Translations under genes and position numbers: made by a program
Notes under the pieces: model-generated
Databases searched by the model: none
Told to the model about the DNA's origin: nothing
The model's input: only the letters and a program-made list of their open reading frames with translations
Shown: one piece after another, positions 31,532-41,022 of the stretch
Numbering within the stretch: position 1 is the stretch's first letter
Layout: each line of letters starts with the position of its first letter
Source: Candidatus Latescibacterota bacterium
Lineage (GTDB): Bacteria; Latescibacterota; CBDEFO01
DNA length: 64,000 nucleotides
Assembly: GCA_965248755.1 (NCBI GenBank)
Contig: OZ252149.1
Location: 736,001-800,000 of the forward strand
Direction: 5' to 3'

Positions 31532-33073
31532 ATGAGCAAACGACGCTTGCTGTTTTACAACGACGCTCGGCACTATCACCTGTATTGCTTCGAGCCGCCG
31601 ATAAGCCTTGAAGACGCGAGGTTGCCAGTAGATGAGATAGCCGGAACGAAGGTCGATACTTTTGTCTATGGATTCGGCGCAGGGCCTGCCATGTTCCACC
31701 TTACTGAGGTAGGCGAGGTCTTTGGCTCGCATCTCAAGACGTTCAAGGACATTCCGGGCATTCATAGGGGCACACTCCCAACCTGGCGCGCACATGAGAA
31801 TATTATGAGCCTCAAAGAACGCGGCGTGGACCTCCTGCAACTGCTTATTGAAAGGGCGCACGAAAAGGGGTTGGACTTCTACGCCAGCCTGCGCCAGACA
31901 CACTCGGTGGCCCCGGACGATGTAGACAACTACTTCAACTGGCAGTTTAAGATCGACCATCCCGAGTGGTGTCTGAAGGGACAAGGGAAGTACGCCTTCA
32001 ACTTTGCGTATCCAGAAGTGCGCGCCGAGAGATTCGCTCTGGCCGAGGAAACGGTCAATAGGTACGATGTAGATGGCTTCGAGATCGATTGGGACTTCTG
32101 GCCTTACTTCTTCGAGGAAGACGAAGTCGAACAGAACACACCGATCCTAACTGAGTATATGCGCGAGCACAGGCTGATGATCGACGAGACGGCCAAAAGG
32201 CGCGATAGGTCTATCGTGTTTGGAGCGCGCGTCCTCCCGACGCTCGCAGGAAATCTGGCTGCTGGCATGGACGTTGAGACGTGGGTGAAGGAGGGTCTGC
32301 TGGACTTTGTGGTGCCCAACTACTACGTGGACGAACAGATGGACGCGGATCTCCCGTTCGAGTGGCTCGTCGAACTGACGCGCGGGTCGAGCTGTAAGGT
32401 GTTCTCCGCGCTTCAGCGACAGATAGGGCGCCCGGCCGAAGAAGACGGAGAGCCTGTAGGGGAAGAGATGGCGACCCCAGAGCACTACCACGCAGGAGCC
32501 GCAGCGTACTGGAGCAAGGGCGCCGACGGCATATACCTACCCTGGTTCAACTGGCCGATCGTCGCCCCCGACCGTAAGGTGCTCTCCGAGATTCACGACC
32601 CCCACTTACTTTCTCAAGAGACGAAACACTATGTGGTCAGGGGCCATAAAGAGGACGCTGCCAGCCACGACTACACAGCTCAGTTGCCCGTGCTCTTAAT
32701 CAATGGGCAGGATGTCCCCGGACAGACAGTGCGCCTCTTCATCGCGGATGACCCGGAGAAGGTGGACGCAATTTTGAGAGTCCGTCTGAGATTCACCACA
32801 ATCCATGACTCGCTGACGGTAAGCGTGAATGGACAGGCTCTATCCAACGATAGTTGCCGGCGAGAACCACACAACTACACTCCGGTGGAGGCTACATTGT
32901 CTGGAAAGGGTATAAGCTCAGTTGCGTACACCTGGTTGGAGTACCCGGTGCCGCTCGGAGTGCTGCGAAATGGGGCGAACGAAGTCGGGGTCGCGATACA
33001 CTCCCGGCCTCCAAACTTAGAAGGTCAGGTCGTGCTGGACAGAGTAGATCTGATTGTGAAATATCCTGTTTAG
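31532..33073 (+). CDS. DUF187/GHL10-like TIM-barrel putative glycoside hydrolase, copy 2
   Basis: Same length (513 aa) and largely identical to copy 1; 1674-bp period. Confidence 0.7.
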   Translation: MSKRRLLFYNDARHYHLYCFEPPISLEDARLPVDEIAGTKVDTFVYGFGAGPAMFHLTEVGEVFGSHLKTFKDIPGIHRGTLPTWRAHENIMSLKERGVDLLQLLIERAHEKGLDFYASLRQTHSVAPDDVDNYFNWQFKIDHPEWCLKGQGKYAFNFAYPEVRAERFALAEETVNRYDVDGFEIDWDFWPYFFEEDEVEQNTPILTEYMREHRLMIDETAKRRDRSIVFGARVLPTLAGNLAAGMDVETWVKEGLLDFVVPNYYVDEQMDADLPFEWLVELTRGSSCKVFSALQRQIGRPAEEDGEPVGEEMATPEHYHAGAAAYWSKGADGIYLPWFNWPIVAPDRKVLSEIHDPHLLSQETKHYVVRGHKEDAASHDYTAQLPVLLINGQDVPGQTVRLFIADDPEKVDAILRVRLRFTTIHDSLTVSVNGQALSNDSCRREPHNYTPVEATLSGKGISSVAYTWLEYPVPLGVLRNGANEVGVAIHSRPPNLEGQVVLDRVDLIVKYPV

Positions 33074-33242
33074 AAGCTACTCTAATACGATTCTTGCCGT
33101 GCAGCGGATTGAACAGGGATAGCCAGGCTATTAAATGCAAAGTGACGAAACTGTAGCCAGACCCCCATCGATAGAACACCATAATTCTCGTGCACTTCGC
33201 GAATGTAGTAAAGTAACGGCGCAGTGAGGTATAATAACTCCT

Positions 33243-34220
33243 ATGAAACTTGGAATGACGTCGGGCTGCTATCGCTGGGATCTGAGCCTGCAGGAAGATC
33301 TCACTTACACCGAGCTGGTAGAGGGCCACCAGGGAGCACTTATACGGTCCCAACGCCAGCGCCCTGAGTTCAACTATATGGGACACCCCATCTTCTATTT
33401 CTCCTCTGTTCCTTCCTTCTTGTCCGAAGAGGAAAGTCTCATGTGGTTGATCCGACACACCGCTGATCTGGGACTTACCGTCTTATGTGCGTCTTTTGGG
33501 TTGGGGCAGGCTTTGGAACCCGGCGCTCTTAAACAGATTAAACAATCGCTGGCAGAGGGACAAGTGGAGATAGTGCCGATCGTGTCCTTGAATTGGGCGG
33601 CCGAAGACTATGAATCAGAGGTGCAGACGTTCCTGCCTGGCCTGGAGACGGCTGAAGCTTTGGGAGCCACGGTCGTGTGCACCACCCACAGCCGAGCTGT
33701 AGACTACAACCACTTCACCCACGATCCACCGGTTGAGCAGCAATTAGATCGTGCCACACGGCTCTTCACCTGCCTGGGAGCCATGGCCGCAGAGCGCAAG
33801 ATGGTCATCGCTCTGGAGAATCATATGGACTATACCTCACAAGAACTGGTCAGTCTCATCAAGGCCGTAAACTCGCCCTGGGTACGAGCCACACTGGATA
33901 CGGGAAATCCTATTGCCCTCATCGAGGATCCTGTGGACGCCGCAACAAGACTTGCTCCTTACACGGTTCTGGTGCATTTCAAGGATCTGCGGATCCAGCC
34001 GATAACGCAGGACGGTGTACCGATGATCTTCGGTGCTCCCATCGGCCGGGGCCACATAGATCTTGCGTCTGTTCTGGAGATTCTCCAGACTCGAGCTCCG
34101 GATTCGCAACATTTGCCACTCTGTCTTGATCTGGTTCCTCACCGCACCGCTGATAGCCAGCAGTGGGTGCGAGGAAGCTTTGACTATATACGAACGCACT
34201 TCGAGCGATTCCTCATTTAA
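33243..34220 (+). CDS. Sugar phosphate isomerase/epimerase (AP endonuclease 2 TIM barrel)
   Basis: ALENHMD, LDTGN, VHFKD. Confidence 0.85.
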   Translation: MKLGMTSGCYRWDLSLQEDLTYTELVEGHQGALIRSQRQRPEFNYMGHPIFYFSSVPSFLSEEESLMWLIRHTADLGLTVLCASFGLGQALEPGALKQIKQSLAEGQVEIVPIVSLNWAAEDYESEVQTFLPGLETAEALGATVVCTTHSRAVDYNHFTHDPPVEQQLDRATRLFTCLGAMAAERKMVIALENHMDYTSQELVSLIKAVNSPWVRATLDTGNPIALIEDPVDAATRLAPYTVLVHFKDLRIQPITQDGVPMIFGAPIGRGHIDLASVLEILQTRAPDSQHLPLCLDLVPHRTADSQQWVRGSFDYIRTHFERFLI

Positions 34221-34256
34221 TATTGCCTGTCGCCAACAAAAAAAGAAGGTTAAAAG

Positions 34257-35183
34257 ATGAAATTAGGCATTTCTATGGCCTGTTATCGCTGGGAGCTCTA
34301 CCCCCATTTACATCGAGGTCAACCTGATTTTCTCTATAACGGCCGTCCCTTGCTCTATTTCTCCTCCATACCCGATGCGCTTCCCGAAGAAGAGGGTATG
34401 GAATGGCTGATCAATCACATCGCCGACCTGGGCCTATCAGTGCTCTACGGAAATTCGAAAAAGTTTCAGGAGCCAGAGTACCGGAGGCGTATACGAAAGC
34501 TGTTGGAGGAGAAAGAAATGGAGTTTGTCCCCAGTGGAGCTGTGGACTGGGTGGCTACAGGAGATGAAGCTGAACAGGATAGGGCGGCGTTTAGCGAAGA
34601 ATTGGAGGTCGCGAGGGCGTTGGGGGCCCGGGTGATAGACACCACGCACACGGGAGTGTCCTGCAACAATCATTTTACCAAGGATCCGCCTATCGAACGC
34701 CAAATCGAAATCATGATTGAGAACTTCAAGCGCCTGTCCGAGATCGCTGAAGACTATGGCATAGTCATTGCATTAGAAAACCATCTGGACTATCGTTGTA
34801 GTGAGATCGCCCAGGTGATTGAGGGGGTGGATTCGCCCTGGCTACAAGCCATGTTGGATACGGGCAACTCCGTCGGTGTAATCGAAGATCCAGTTGATGC
34901 AGCGCGCAGTGTCGCCCCTTACACGGTTATGGTACATATCAAAGATTTCCGTATCCAAGCCATGTCAGTGGATGCTGTGCCCAAGATTTTTCTGGTTCCC
35001 CTGGGCCGCGGTCAGATTGATCTTGAGACGATAATGGAGATTCTCCAAGAACAAGCTCCAGACCCTGAAAATCTCCGGCTGTGTATTGAAGCCATCGGCC
35101 CATGGGAGCAGGACAGCGACCTGTGGGTACGGGAGAACATCCGCTACATCCGGGAGCACTTCACCCAGTTCTTAACATCCTGA
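34257..35183 (+). CDS. Sugar phosphate isomerase/epimerase, older paralog of 33243-34220
   Basis: ALENHLD, LDTGN, VHIKD, CIE. Confidence 0.85.
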   Translation: MKLGISMACYRWELYPHLHRGQPDFLYNGRPLLYFSSIPDALPEEEGMEWLINHIADLGLSVLYGNSKKFQEPEYRRRIRKLLEEKEMEFVPSGAVDWVATGDEAEQDRAAFSEELEVARALGARVIDTTHTGVSCNNHFTKDPPIERQIEIMIENFKRLSEIAEDYGIVIALENHLDYRCSEIAQVIEGVDSPWLQAMLDTGNSVGVIEDPVDAARSVAPYTVMVHIKDFRIQAMSVDAVPKIFLVPLGRGQIDLETIMEILQEQAPDPENLRLCIEAIGPWEQDSDLWVRENIRYIREHFTQFLTS

Positions 35184-35347
35184 AGATGCGTCTCTCGGGC
35201 TCTGATATTTGTCAGAGGGTCGCACATGAACCCTGAGATCGTACCACAATGGATACGATGCCATCCGGTGAACCTGAGAATCCCGGAGAACGGCACGGAA
35301 AGAGCGAATTAGTGTAACTCTCTATACTGTACTTGTTTGGAGGAATT

Positions 35348-36595
35348 ATGCTCTTCAACAAAGAGCGGGCTGTGGAGTATATGCGTCGTTACGATTTAGA
35401 TGTGCTCATTGCTACCTCGCCTGTCAACATCACCTATTTCTCGGATTACTACTGCTGGCTCGATTCGTCGTTCAAAGAGTACATGATTACGCCAGGAGCA
35501 TCCAGCAACTTGTTCCAGGCATATGCAGTCTTCCCGCTGGAAGGCGAACCCGCCCTCGTCGTCAGCCCGCTCTTTGCGGTGAATGCGGCCGACCTGTGGG
35601 TGCGCGACTTACATATCTTCGGCGACCCCGGACTGGACGACTCTTTGCCTCCGGGCGAGCTGCCCGACACTATCAACCGCTTAAATGAACTGGTTCATGG
35701 GCCGCAGCGCAATGCAACGTCCACAGACGCGCTCTTGAGCATCTTGAGCGGGCGGGGACTGACTGGCGCTCGCATCGGACTGGAGATGGAGAGCCTGCCT
35801 GTGGAGATAGCAGATGCAATTGCGCGAGCACTGCCGGGGGCAACAATTAAGGATTGCACGAATCTCATCCGCTTAATTCGAATGGTAAAAAGTTCAGAGG
35901 AGAACACCCGGGTGACCCGAGCAGCCCAGATCAACGAAGAGGCCGCAATGGAAAGCCTTGCCCTGGCTCGTCCAGGTACCCCGGTCGCCGATCTTGTCGC
36001 CTGCTATCGTTCGCGTGTGGCTGAGTTGGGCGCAGAGTTCGAGCATTTTGCATTCGGGGTGCGCGGTCTGGGCATTGCCACTGAGCCGAACTATGTGCTG
36101 ACCGATGACGATCTCCTCTACGTGGATTCTGGCTGCATTTATCAGCATTATTTTTCGGACAGCGGCACGACACTCACGATGTCCGAACCTTCGACAGATC
36201 TCTTTGAAAGGCACGCTGCCCTGCGCGCCTGCATAGCGTCAGGTGTCGAGACAATCGAGCCGGGAGCCAGAGCATCTGCTGTGAGTGATGCAATGTGGAA
36301 AACTCTCAATGCCCACGGCATCACTGCATCTTTTCCGCACGGGCACGGCCTTGGACTGGAAGTCCGCGATTACCCGATCGTTGTGGCGGACAACGGGCTG
36401 CGCATCCGGGACGATTGCGTCGACGTTCCCTCTGATCTGCCCCTTGAATCGGATATGGTAATAAATCTGGAGGCGGGCATCTTTATGCCCGCCATCGGTT
36501 CGTTACAGATCGAGCAATCCTTCGTTGTTACAGCTAACGGGTGTAGATCGCTTGTGCCCCAGGATCGGACACGACCGGTGCAGCCCCCAGCTTAA
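35348..36595 (+). CDS. M24 family (Xaa-Pro peptidase/creatinase-like) hydrolase
   Basis: RMVKS.EE, VDSG...YFSD, GHGLGLE, INLE, QIEQ. Confidence 0.88.
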   Translation: MLFNKERAVEYMRRYDLDVLIATSPVNITYFSDYYCWLDSSFKEYMITPGASSNLFQAYAVFPLEGEPALVVSPLFAVNAADLWVRDLHIFGDPGLDDSLPPGELPDTINRLNELVHGPQRNATSTDALLSILSGRGLTGARIGLEMESLPVEIADAIARALPGATIKDCTNLIRLIRMVKSSEENTRVTRAAQINEEAAMESLALARPGTPVADLVACYRSRVAELGAEFEHFAFGVRGLGIATEPNYVLTDDDLLYVDSGCIYQHYFSDSGTTLTMSEPSTDLFERHAALRACIASGVETIEPGARASAVSDAMWKTLNAHGITASFPHGHGLGLEVRDYPIVVADNGLRIRDDCVDVPSDLPLESDMVINLEAGIFMPAIGSLQIEQSFVVTANGCRSLVPQDRTRPVQPPA

Positions 36596-36663
36596 ATCGA
36601 GCCACATGAGAGTTCTGATCTCTCAATAGATTCAAACGGGAAGATCGAAAGGTAGAGACTGCA

Positions 36664-37506
36664 ATGGCATCAACACGACTCACCGACCAGCAGATGGCTT
36701 TCTTCGACACGTTCGGCTTCCTGTACTTTCCCGCGCTGCTGGCTGACTGCATCAAAAATATAATCAGCGAGTTCGAGGCCATCTGGACAGCTCACGGCGG
36801 CGGGCACCACGGCAAAGACCACGACGGCGTGAGTCGCTCCTGCATCCTCCCGTTCCCCGATCAAAGCGAGTACCTAAGCTCTCTCCTGGATGACCCGCGC
36901 ATCCACGACATCGCTGCCAGTATCTGCTGCGACGACTTCAATTACACAAGCGGCGACGGCAACTTCTACGCCAGTGACACGAATTGGCACTCCGACGGCT
37001 ACAGCGGAGAGCGGATACTGAGCATCAAGATCGCTTTCTACCTCGACCAGCTGACGCGCGACACCGGAGCCCTGCGTGTGATCCCCGGCAGCCACCGCTG
37101 CGGCGACGCCTATGCCGATGCCATTGACCGCGACATCCGGGAAGGCGAGCAAGTCTGGGGGCTTCACGGCAGAGAAGTCCCGGCCCTGGTCCTGGAGACA
37201 ACACCCGGCGACATAGTAGTCTTCAACCACAACCTCAAGCACGCCGCCTTCGGCGGGTCAGTGCGCAGACGGATGTTCACGATGAACTTCTCCCGCCGCT
37301 ATCCCGACGATAGACTCGAGGAGTTGCGCGCCGTGCTGGGCAAAGAGGCGCGATTCTGGATCGATCGCATCCACGGCGAAGCGATGATCCGCACCGCAGG
37401 GGCAGAGCGGATGGTACACCTTGAGCAGGTGATGGCCAATGACACTCACCTTGCCGAGCTGACCCGGCAGCTCAAAGCGAAAATGAAAGAACCATCGCGC
37501 GGCTAA
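36664..37506 (+). CDS. PhyH-family dioxygenase
   Basis: FDTFGFL, WHSD, GALRVIPGSH, LKHAAFGG..RR. Confidence 0.9.
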   Translation: MASTRLTDQQMAFFDTFGFLYFPALLADCIKNIISEFEAIWTAHGGGHHGKDHDGVSRSCILPFPDQSEYLSSLLDDPRIHDIAASICCDDFNYTSGDGNFYASDTNWHSDGYSGERILSIKIAFYLDQLTRDTGALRVIPGSHRCGDAYADAIDRDIREGEQVWGLHGREVPALVLETTPGDIVVFNHNLKHAAFGGSVRRRMFTMNFSRRYPDDRLEELRAVLGKEARFWIDRIHGEAMIRTAGAERMVHLEQVMANDTHLAELTRQLKAKMKEPSRG

Positions 37507-37621
37507 CGAAGTTAGCTCTTAATTGAACAGCATACAGGGGGGCGAGATCCCTTCTACTGTCTACGACTATATCCCGATTGAACCTCCGATTATTTCGGAG
37601 ATTGGGGAAAGGAAATGCGAC

Positions 37622-38668
37622 ATGGCACGTTTCAAAGTAGCGTTAGTCGCACTGGATGAACAGTTGTCACATGATGAAGCCTTGCCACCTGATTGGATAG
37701 CTGAGAGTCTGGCAAAAGCAGGCATTGACTTCATTGTTAGGGAATGTACCACACAGGAGGAACTGGCACAGCATGCCGGTGATGCGGATGTGGTGTGGGT
37801 GTTCGGCGGCAGGCCGGTGGTTACGGCCGAGAGCCTGAAGGTCATTCCGCGCTGCGGGGCAATCATCCGAACTGGCAGTGGTACGGACAACATACCGGTA
37901 GACGAGGCGACTCAGTTGGGTATCGTCGTCGCTAATACCCCGGAAGGGGTCAGCGATGAGGTGTCTGATCACGCCATCGGCTTGTTGTTGGCTGTCGTAC
38001 GGCAGATTGCTGTTCAAGATCGCGCGCTGCGCAGCGGTAAATGGGATTTCACGCTGGGCCGGCCACGCTGGCACATACGTGGACAGACATTAGGATTGAT
38101 CGGCTTCGGACACATCGCGCGTACCGTTGTGCGAAAAGTGAGTGGGTTCGACATGACGATCCTGGCGTATGACCCATATGTGAACGCCGAGACGATGGCA
38201 AAAGAGGGAGTACGCCCTGCGGGACTCGACGACGTGCTGTCCCAATCTGATTTTGTGTCGGTTCACTGTCCGCTCGTGAAAGATACGTATCACCTGATCG
38301 GCGAGCGCGAATTGGGGCTGATGAAGTCCACATCAATCTTGATCAACACATCGCGCGGCTCGGTTATTGACGAGCCCGCATTGGTCTCTGCACTGACCGA
38401 AGGTTCGATCGCGGCGGCTGGGCTGGATGTGTTTGAGCAAGAGCCACCAGATCCAGCCAACCCGCTGTTCAAACTCGACAACGTTGTGGTTACACCCCAT
38501 ATAGCAGGCTGGTCAGATCAACACATGGAAGCCTTCTGGCGCTTATCTTATGAGACCGTGATAGCACTGGCGTCAGGCCATTGGCCGCGCTCTTGTGTCA
38601 ACCCCCAATTGAAACTATCGGGGGTCAACTTAAAGGTGAAGCCGCGTTGGAACCTGACCCCCGATTGA
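37622..38668 (+). CDS. D-2-hydroxyacid dehydrogenase (SerA/CtBP-like)
   Basis: GLIGFGHIA, VSVHCPL, INTSRG, LDVFEQEP, TPHIAG; start trimmed to MARFK. Confidence 0.92.
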   Translation: MARFKVALVALDEQLSHDEALPPDWIAESLAKAGIDFIVRECTTQEELAQHAGDADVVWVFGGRPVVTAESLKVIPRCGAIIRTGSGTDNIPVDEATQLGIVVANTPEGVSDEVSDHAIGLLLAVVRQIAVQDRALRSGKWDFTLGRPRWHIRGQTLGLIGFGHIARTVVRKVSGFDMTILAYDPYVNAETMAKEGVRPAGLDDVLSQSDFVSVHCPLVKDTYHLIGERELGLMKSTSILINTSRGSVIDEPALVSALTEGSIAAAGLDVFEQEPPDPANPLFKLDNVVVTPHIAGWSDQHMEAFWRLSYETVIALASGHWPRSCVNPQLKLSGVNLKVKPRWNLTPD

Positions 38669-38679
38669 ATCTATCGGGG
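38603..38679. repeat. Two copies of the 21-nt palindromic dispersed repeat
   Basis: CCCCAATTGAAACTATCGGGG at 38603-38623 between two GTCAAC copies; CCCCGATTGAATCTATCGGGG at 38659-38679 contains the gene's TGA. Confidence 0.85.
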
Positions 38680-38756
38680 GAGATCGGGGGCCATTGTCTG
38701 CTGGAGATCAGGGGAATTGCATTTCACATCAAGCCGAACCATAGGGAGGTCATACG

Positions 38757-39833
38757 ATGAAATTGGGTCTGTTCATGATGCCGCTGCATCCTCCGGAAAA
38801 AGACCGGACAGAGTGTTTCGAGGAGGACATCGAGCTGGTCGTTCGCGCAGACGAGCTCGGGTTTACCGAGGCCTGGATCGGCCAACACAATACGCTGGCC
38901 TGGGAGCCCATCCCGTCTAATGACCTGTTCATTGCCAATGTGCTGCCACGCACCAAGAACATCCGCCTGGGCACCGGAGTATCCATTGTTCCCCAGCACC
39001 ATCCAGCCAATATCGCTGTCCGTCTGGCGTTTCTGGATCATCTATCCCGCGGCCGTCTGAATTGCGGTTTTGGGCAGGGAGGGGTGCCGACCGATTGGGG
39101 GTTGTTCAACCTGCCTGACCCAAAGACCCAGGGGCTGATGACACTGGAGGGGATCGATATGGTCCTGAAATTGTGGCAATCCGAAGCCCCCTTCGACTTC
39201 CAGGGGCAATTCTGGCGTATAAAGGTCGAAAATCCCGATCATGAGTTCGGGATAGGAACACTGCTCAAGCCGTACCAGAAACCACACCCACCGCTGGCAA
39301 TGAGCGTGGTCAAGGGTACCTCAATGGCGGCTAGTACGGCTGGGCAGCGCGGGTACATACCCATAAGCACGAATCTTGTTCCTGCTACTACGGTCGCCGA
39401 ACACTGGCGGACTTATTGCGCCGGTGCCCAGGAAGCGGGTCGACCTGAACCTGACCGCTCAATCTGGCGCGTCTCACGAAACATCTATGTCGGCGAATCG
39501 AACGAAGAAGCATGGGAGCACACCCTGAACGGTACGTTCGGGCGCTCTTTCAAGTACCTGAGAACAATACTCAAATCGCTGGATATGCTGGCGCTGATCA
39601 AGCAGGATCCGGACATGTCCGATGATGAGCTGACACTGGAATACATCCTGAAGAACAATTGCATAATAGGTGATGTGGACGAGTGCATCCGTCAGCTTGA
39701 GGTTGTATGTGACGTGACCGGCGGTTTCAGCACGCTGCTTATGATAACGCAGGACTGGGACGACAAAGCAAAGTGGGTGCGCTCGATGGAGCTGCTGGCA
39801 AGGGAGGTCGTGCCCGCTCTACCGACTATCTGA
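38757..39833 (+). CDS. LLM-class flavin-dependent monooxygenase
   Basis: MKLGLFMMPLHPP, ADELGFTEAWIGQH, LDHLSRGR, KPYQKPHPP. Confidence 0.92.
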   Translation: MKLGLFMMPLHPPEKDRTECFEEDIELVVRADELGFTEAWIGQHNTLAWEPIPSNDLFIANVLPRTKNIRLGTGVSIVPQHHPANIAVRLAFLDHLSRGRLNCGFGQGGVPTDWGLFNLPDPKTQGLMTLEGIDMVLKLWQSEAPFDFQGQFWRIKVENPDHEFGIGTLLKPYQKPHPPLAMSVVKGTSMAASTAGQRGYIPISTNLVPATTVAEHWRTYCAGAQEAGRPEPDRSIWRVSRNIYVGESNEEAWEHTLNGTFGRSFKYLRTILKSLDMLALIKQDPDMSDDELTLEYILKNNCIIGDVDECIRQLEVVCDVTGGFSTLLMITQDWDDKAKWVRSMELLAREVVPALPTI

Positions 39834-39840
39834 GTACAGA

Positions 39841-39918
39841 TTATGGCTAGCGCTTAGGGCTACCGCTTACGGCTACTGCTTACGGCTACTGCTTACGGCT
39901 ACCGCTTAGGGCTAGCGC
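39841..39918 (+). repeat. 6 x 13-bp tandem repeat TTAnGGCTAnnGC
   Basis: Six contiguous units read directly. Confidence 0.92.
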
Positions 39919-40098
39919 GGAACGGCGTTTGGTTCGATGCTGCAACATTAAATGGAAGGGCCACTTTGCGGCTGGGCCAAAGCTTGCAGGTACCCAGGAA
40001 CACTTTCCGCAGTATTAATTTCCAGACAACGACCCGACCCTCGATCCAGTCGGGGGTTCAATCGGGGAGTGCCGAGGAGCACTTCAGTTTGATGTGCA

Positions 40099-40166
40099 GG
40101 GCTTAAACCCTCCTTGGGCTTAAACCTTTCTTGGGCTTAAACCTTTCTTGGGCTTAAACCTTCCTT
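40099..40166 (+). repeat. 4 x 17-bp tandem repeat GGGCTTAAACCYTYCTT
   Basis: Four contiguous units bracketed by ATGTGCA / TGCACAT. Confidence 0.92.
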
Positions 40167-40182
40167 GCACATGGGTGAACCT

Positions 40183-40932
40183 ATGAATACGGAATTTATT
40201 GCTGATTTTGAAGTCTATATGCCCGCAGAATTTGACGGAAAACCGTATGGAAAGGCAGGTTTGCTGGGTGTGGCAGACGAAGCGGGGATCGATACCTGTG
40301 TCGTATTTCCCGGAGGTTTACCACCGGATCCACATAAAATCAACATGCAAGTCCTTAACGCAGCCAAGGGTGAATCGCGCATTATACCGGGATGTCTCAT
40401 CAATCCGACTATGGGATCCGAGGCATGCGAAGAGCTGAGGCGTTGTGTGGATGCGGGTGCACGGACGCTCAAACTTATGGCTGCGGCTCATGGGTATCGC
40501 CTGGACTCGTTCTGTGTTGATCCAATCATGGAGCTGGCAGGTTCCCTGGACATACCAGCAACGATTCATTCGGGTTCACCGATGAGCGGGTGTTCACCCG
40601 GATACATAGCCACTCTTGCAGAGAGGCACCCGGACGTGACGATCATCATGGATCACATGGGGTATCGTGAGTGGATCAACCTGGCCGTGGAGGCAGCAGT
40701 GGAGAATTCTAATATCTATCTCGGTACAACGCTTATCGCTGCGGCAGAGCCGATAAGAATCAAGGAAATTGTACGCAGTGGAGAAATCGGTGCAAATCGC
40801 ATCGTTTTTGGATCTAACTCTCCGAGTGGGGTCGCCGTACATGGAGTAAATGGCATCCGGAAGATCGGGTTTGCCGATGAAGAGGCCGCCCTCATCCTTG
40901 GAGGCAATCTAAAGGCGATTTACGGACTCTAA
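40183..40932 (+). CDS. Amidohydrolase family protein (Amidohydro_2)
   Basis: TIHSG, IIMDHMG, IVFGSNSP, ILGGN; canonical N-terminal DxHxH appears as DFEVY. Confidence 0.8.
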   Translation: MNTEFIADFEVYMPAEFDGKPYGKAGLLGVADEAGIDTCVVFPGGLPPDPHKINMQVLNAAKGESRIIPGCLINPTMGSEACEELRRCVDAGARTLKLMAAAHGYRLDSFCVDPIMELAGSLDIPATIHSGSPMSGCSPGYIATLAERHPDVTIIMDHMGYREWINLAVEAAVENSNIYLGTTLIAAAEPIRIKEIVRSGEIGANRIVFGSNSPSGVAVHGVNGIRKIGFADEEAALILGGNLKAIYGL

Positions 40933-41022
40933 AGATTTGAGTGGTGCGGCACTTTGTGTTGCTCAATTGGATCCCCCAGATCGAATGCATATGGTGCATA
41001 TAGATAATACAGGAGCTCTCCT

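Noticed and set aside
39841..40166. CRISPR array
   Set aside because: Units are contiguous 13- and 17-bp repeats with no unique spacers, and no cas genes are present
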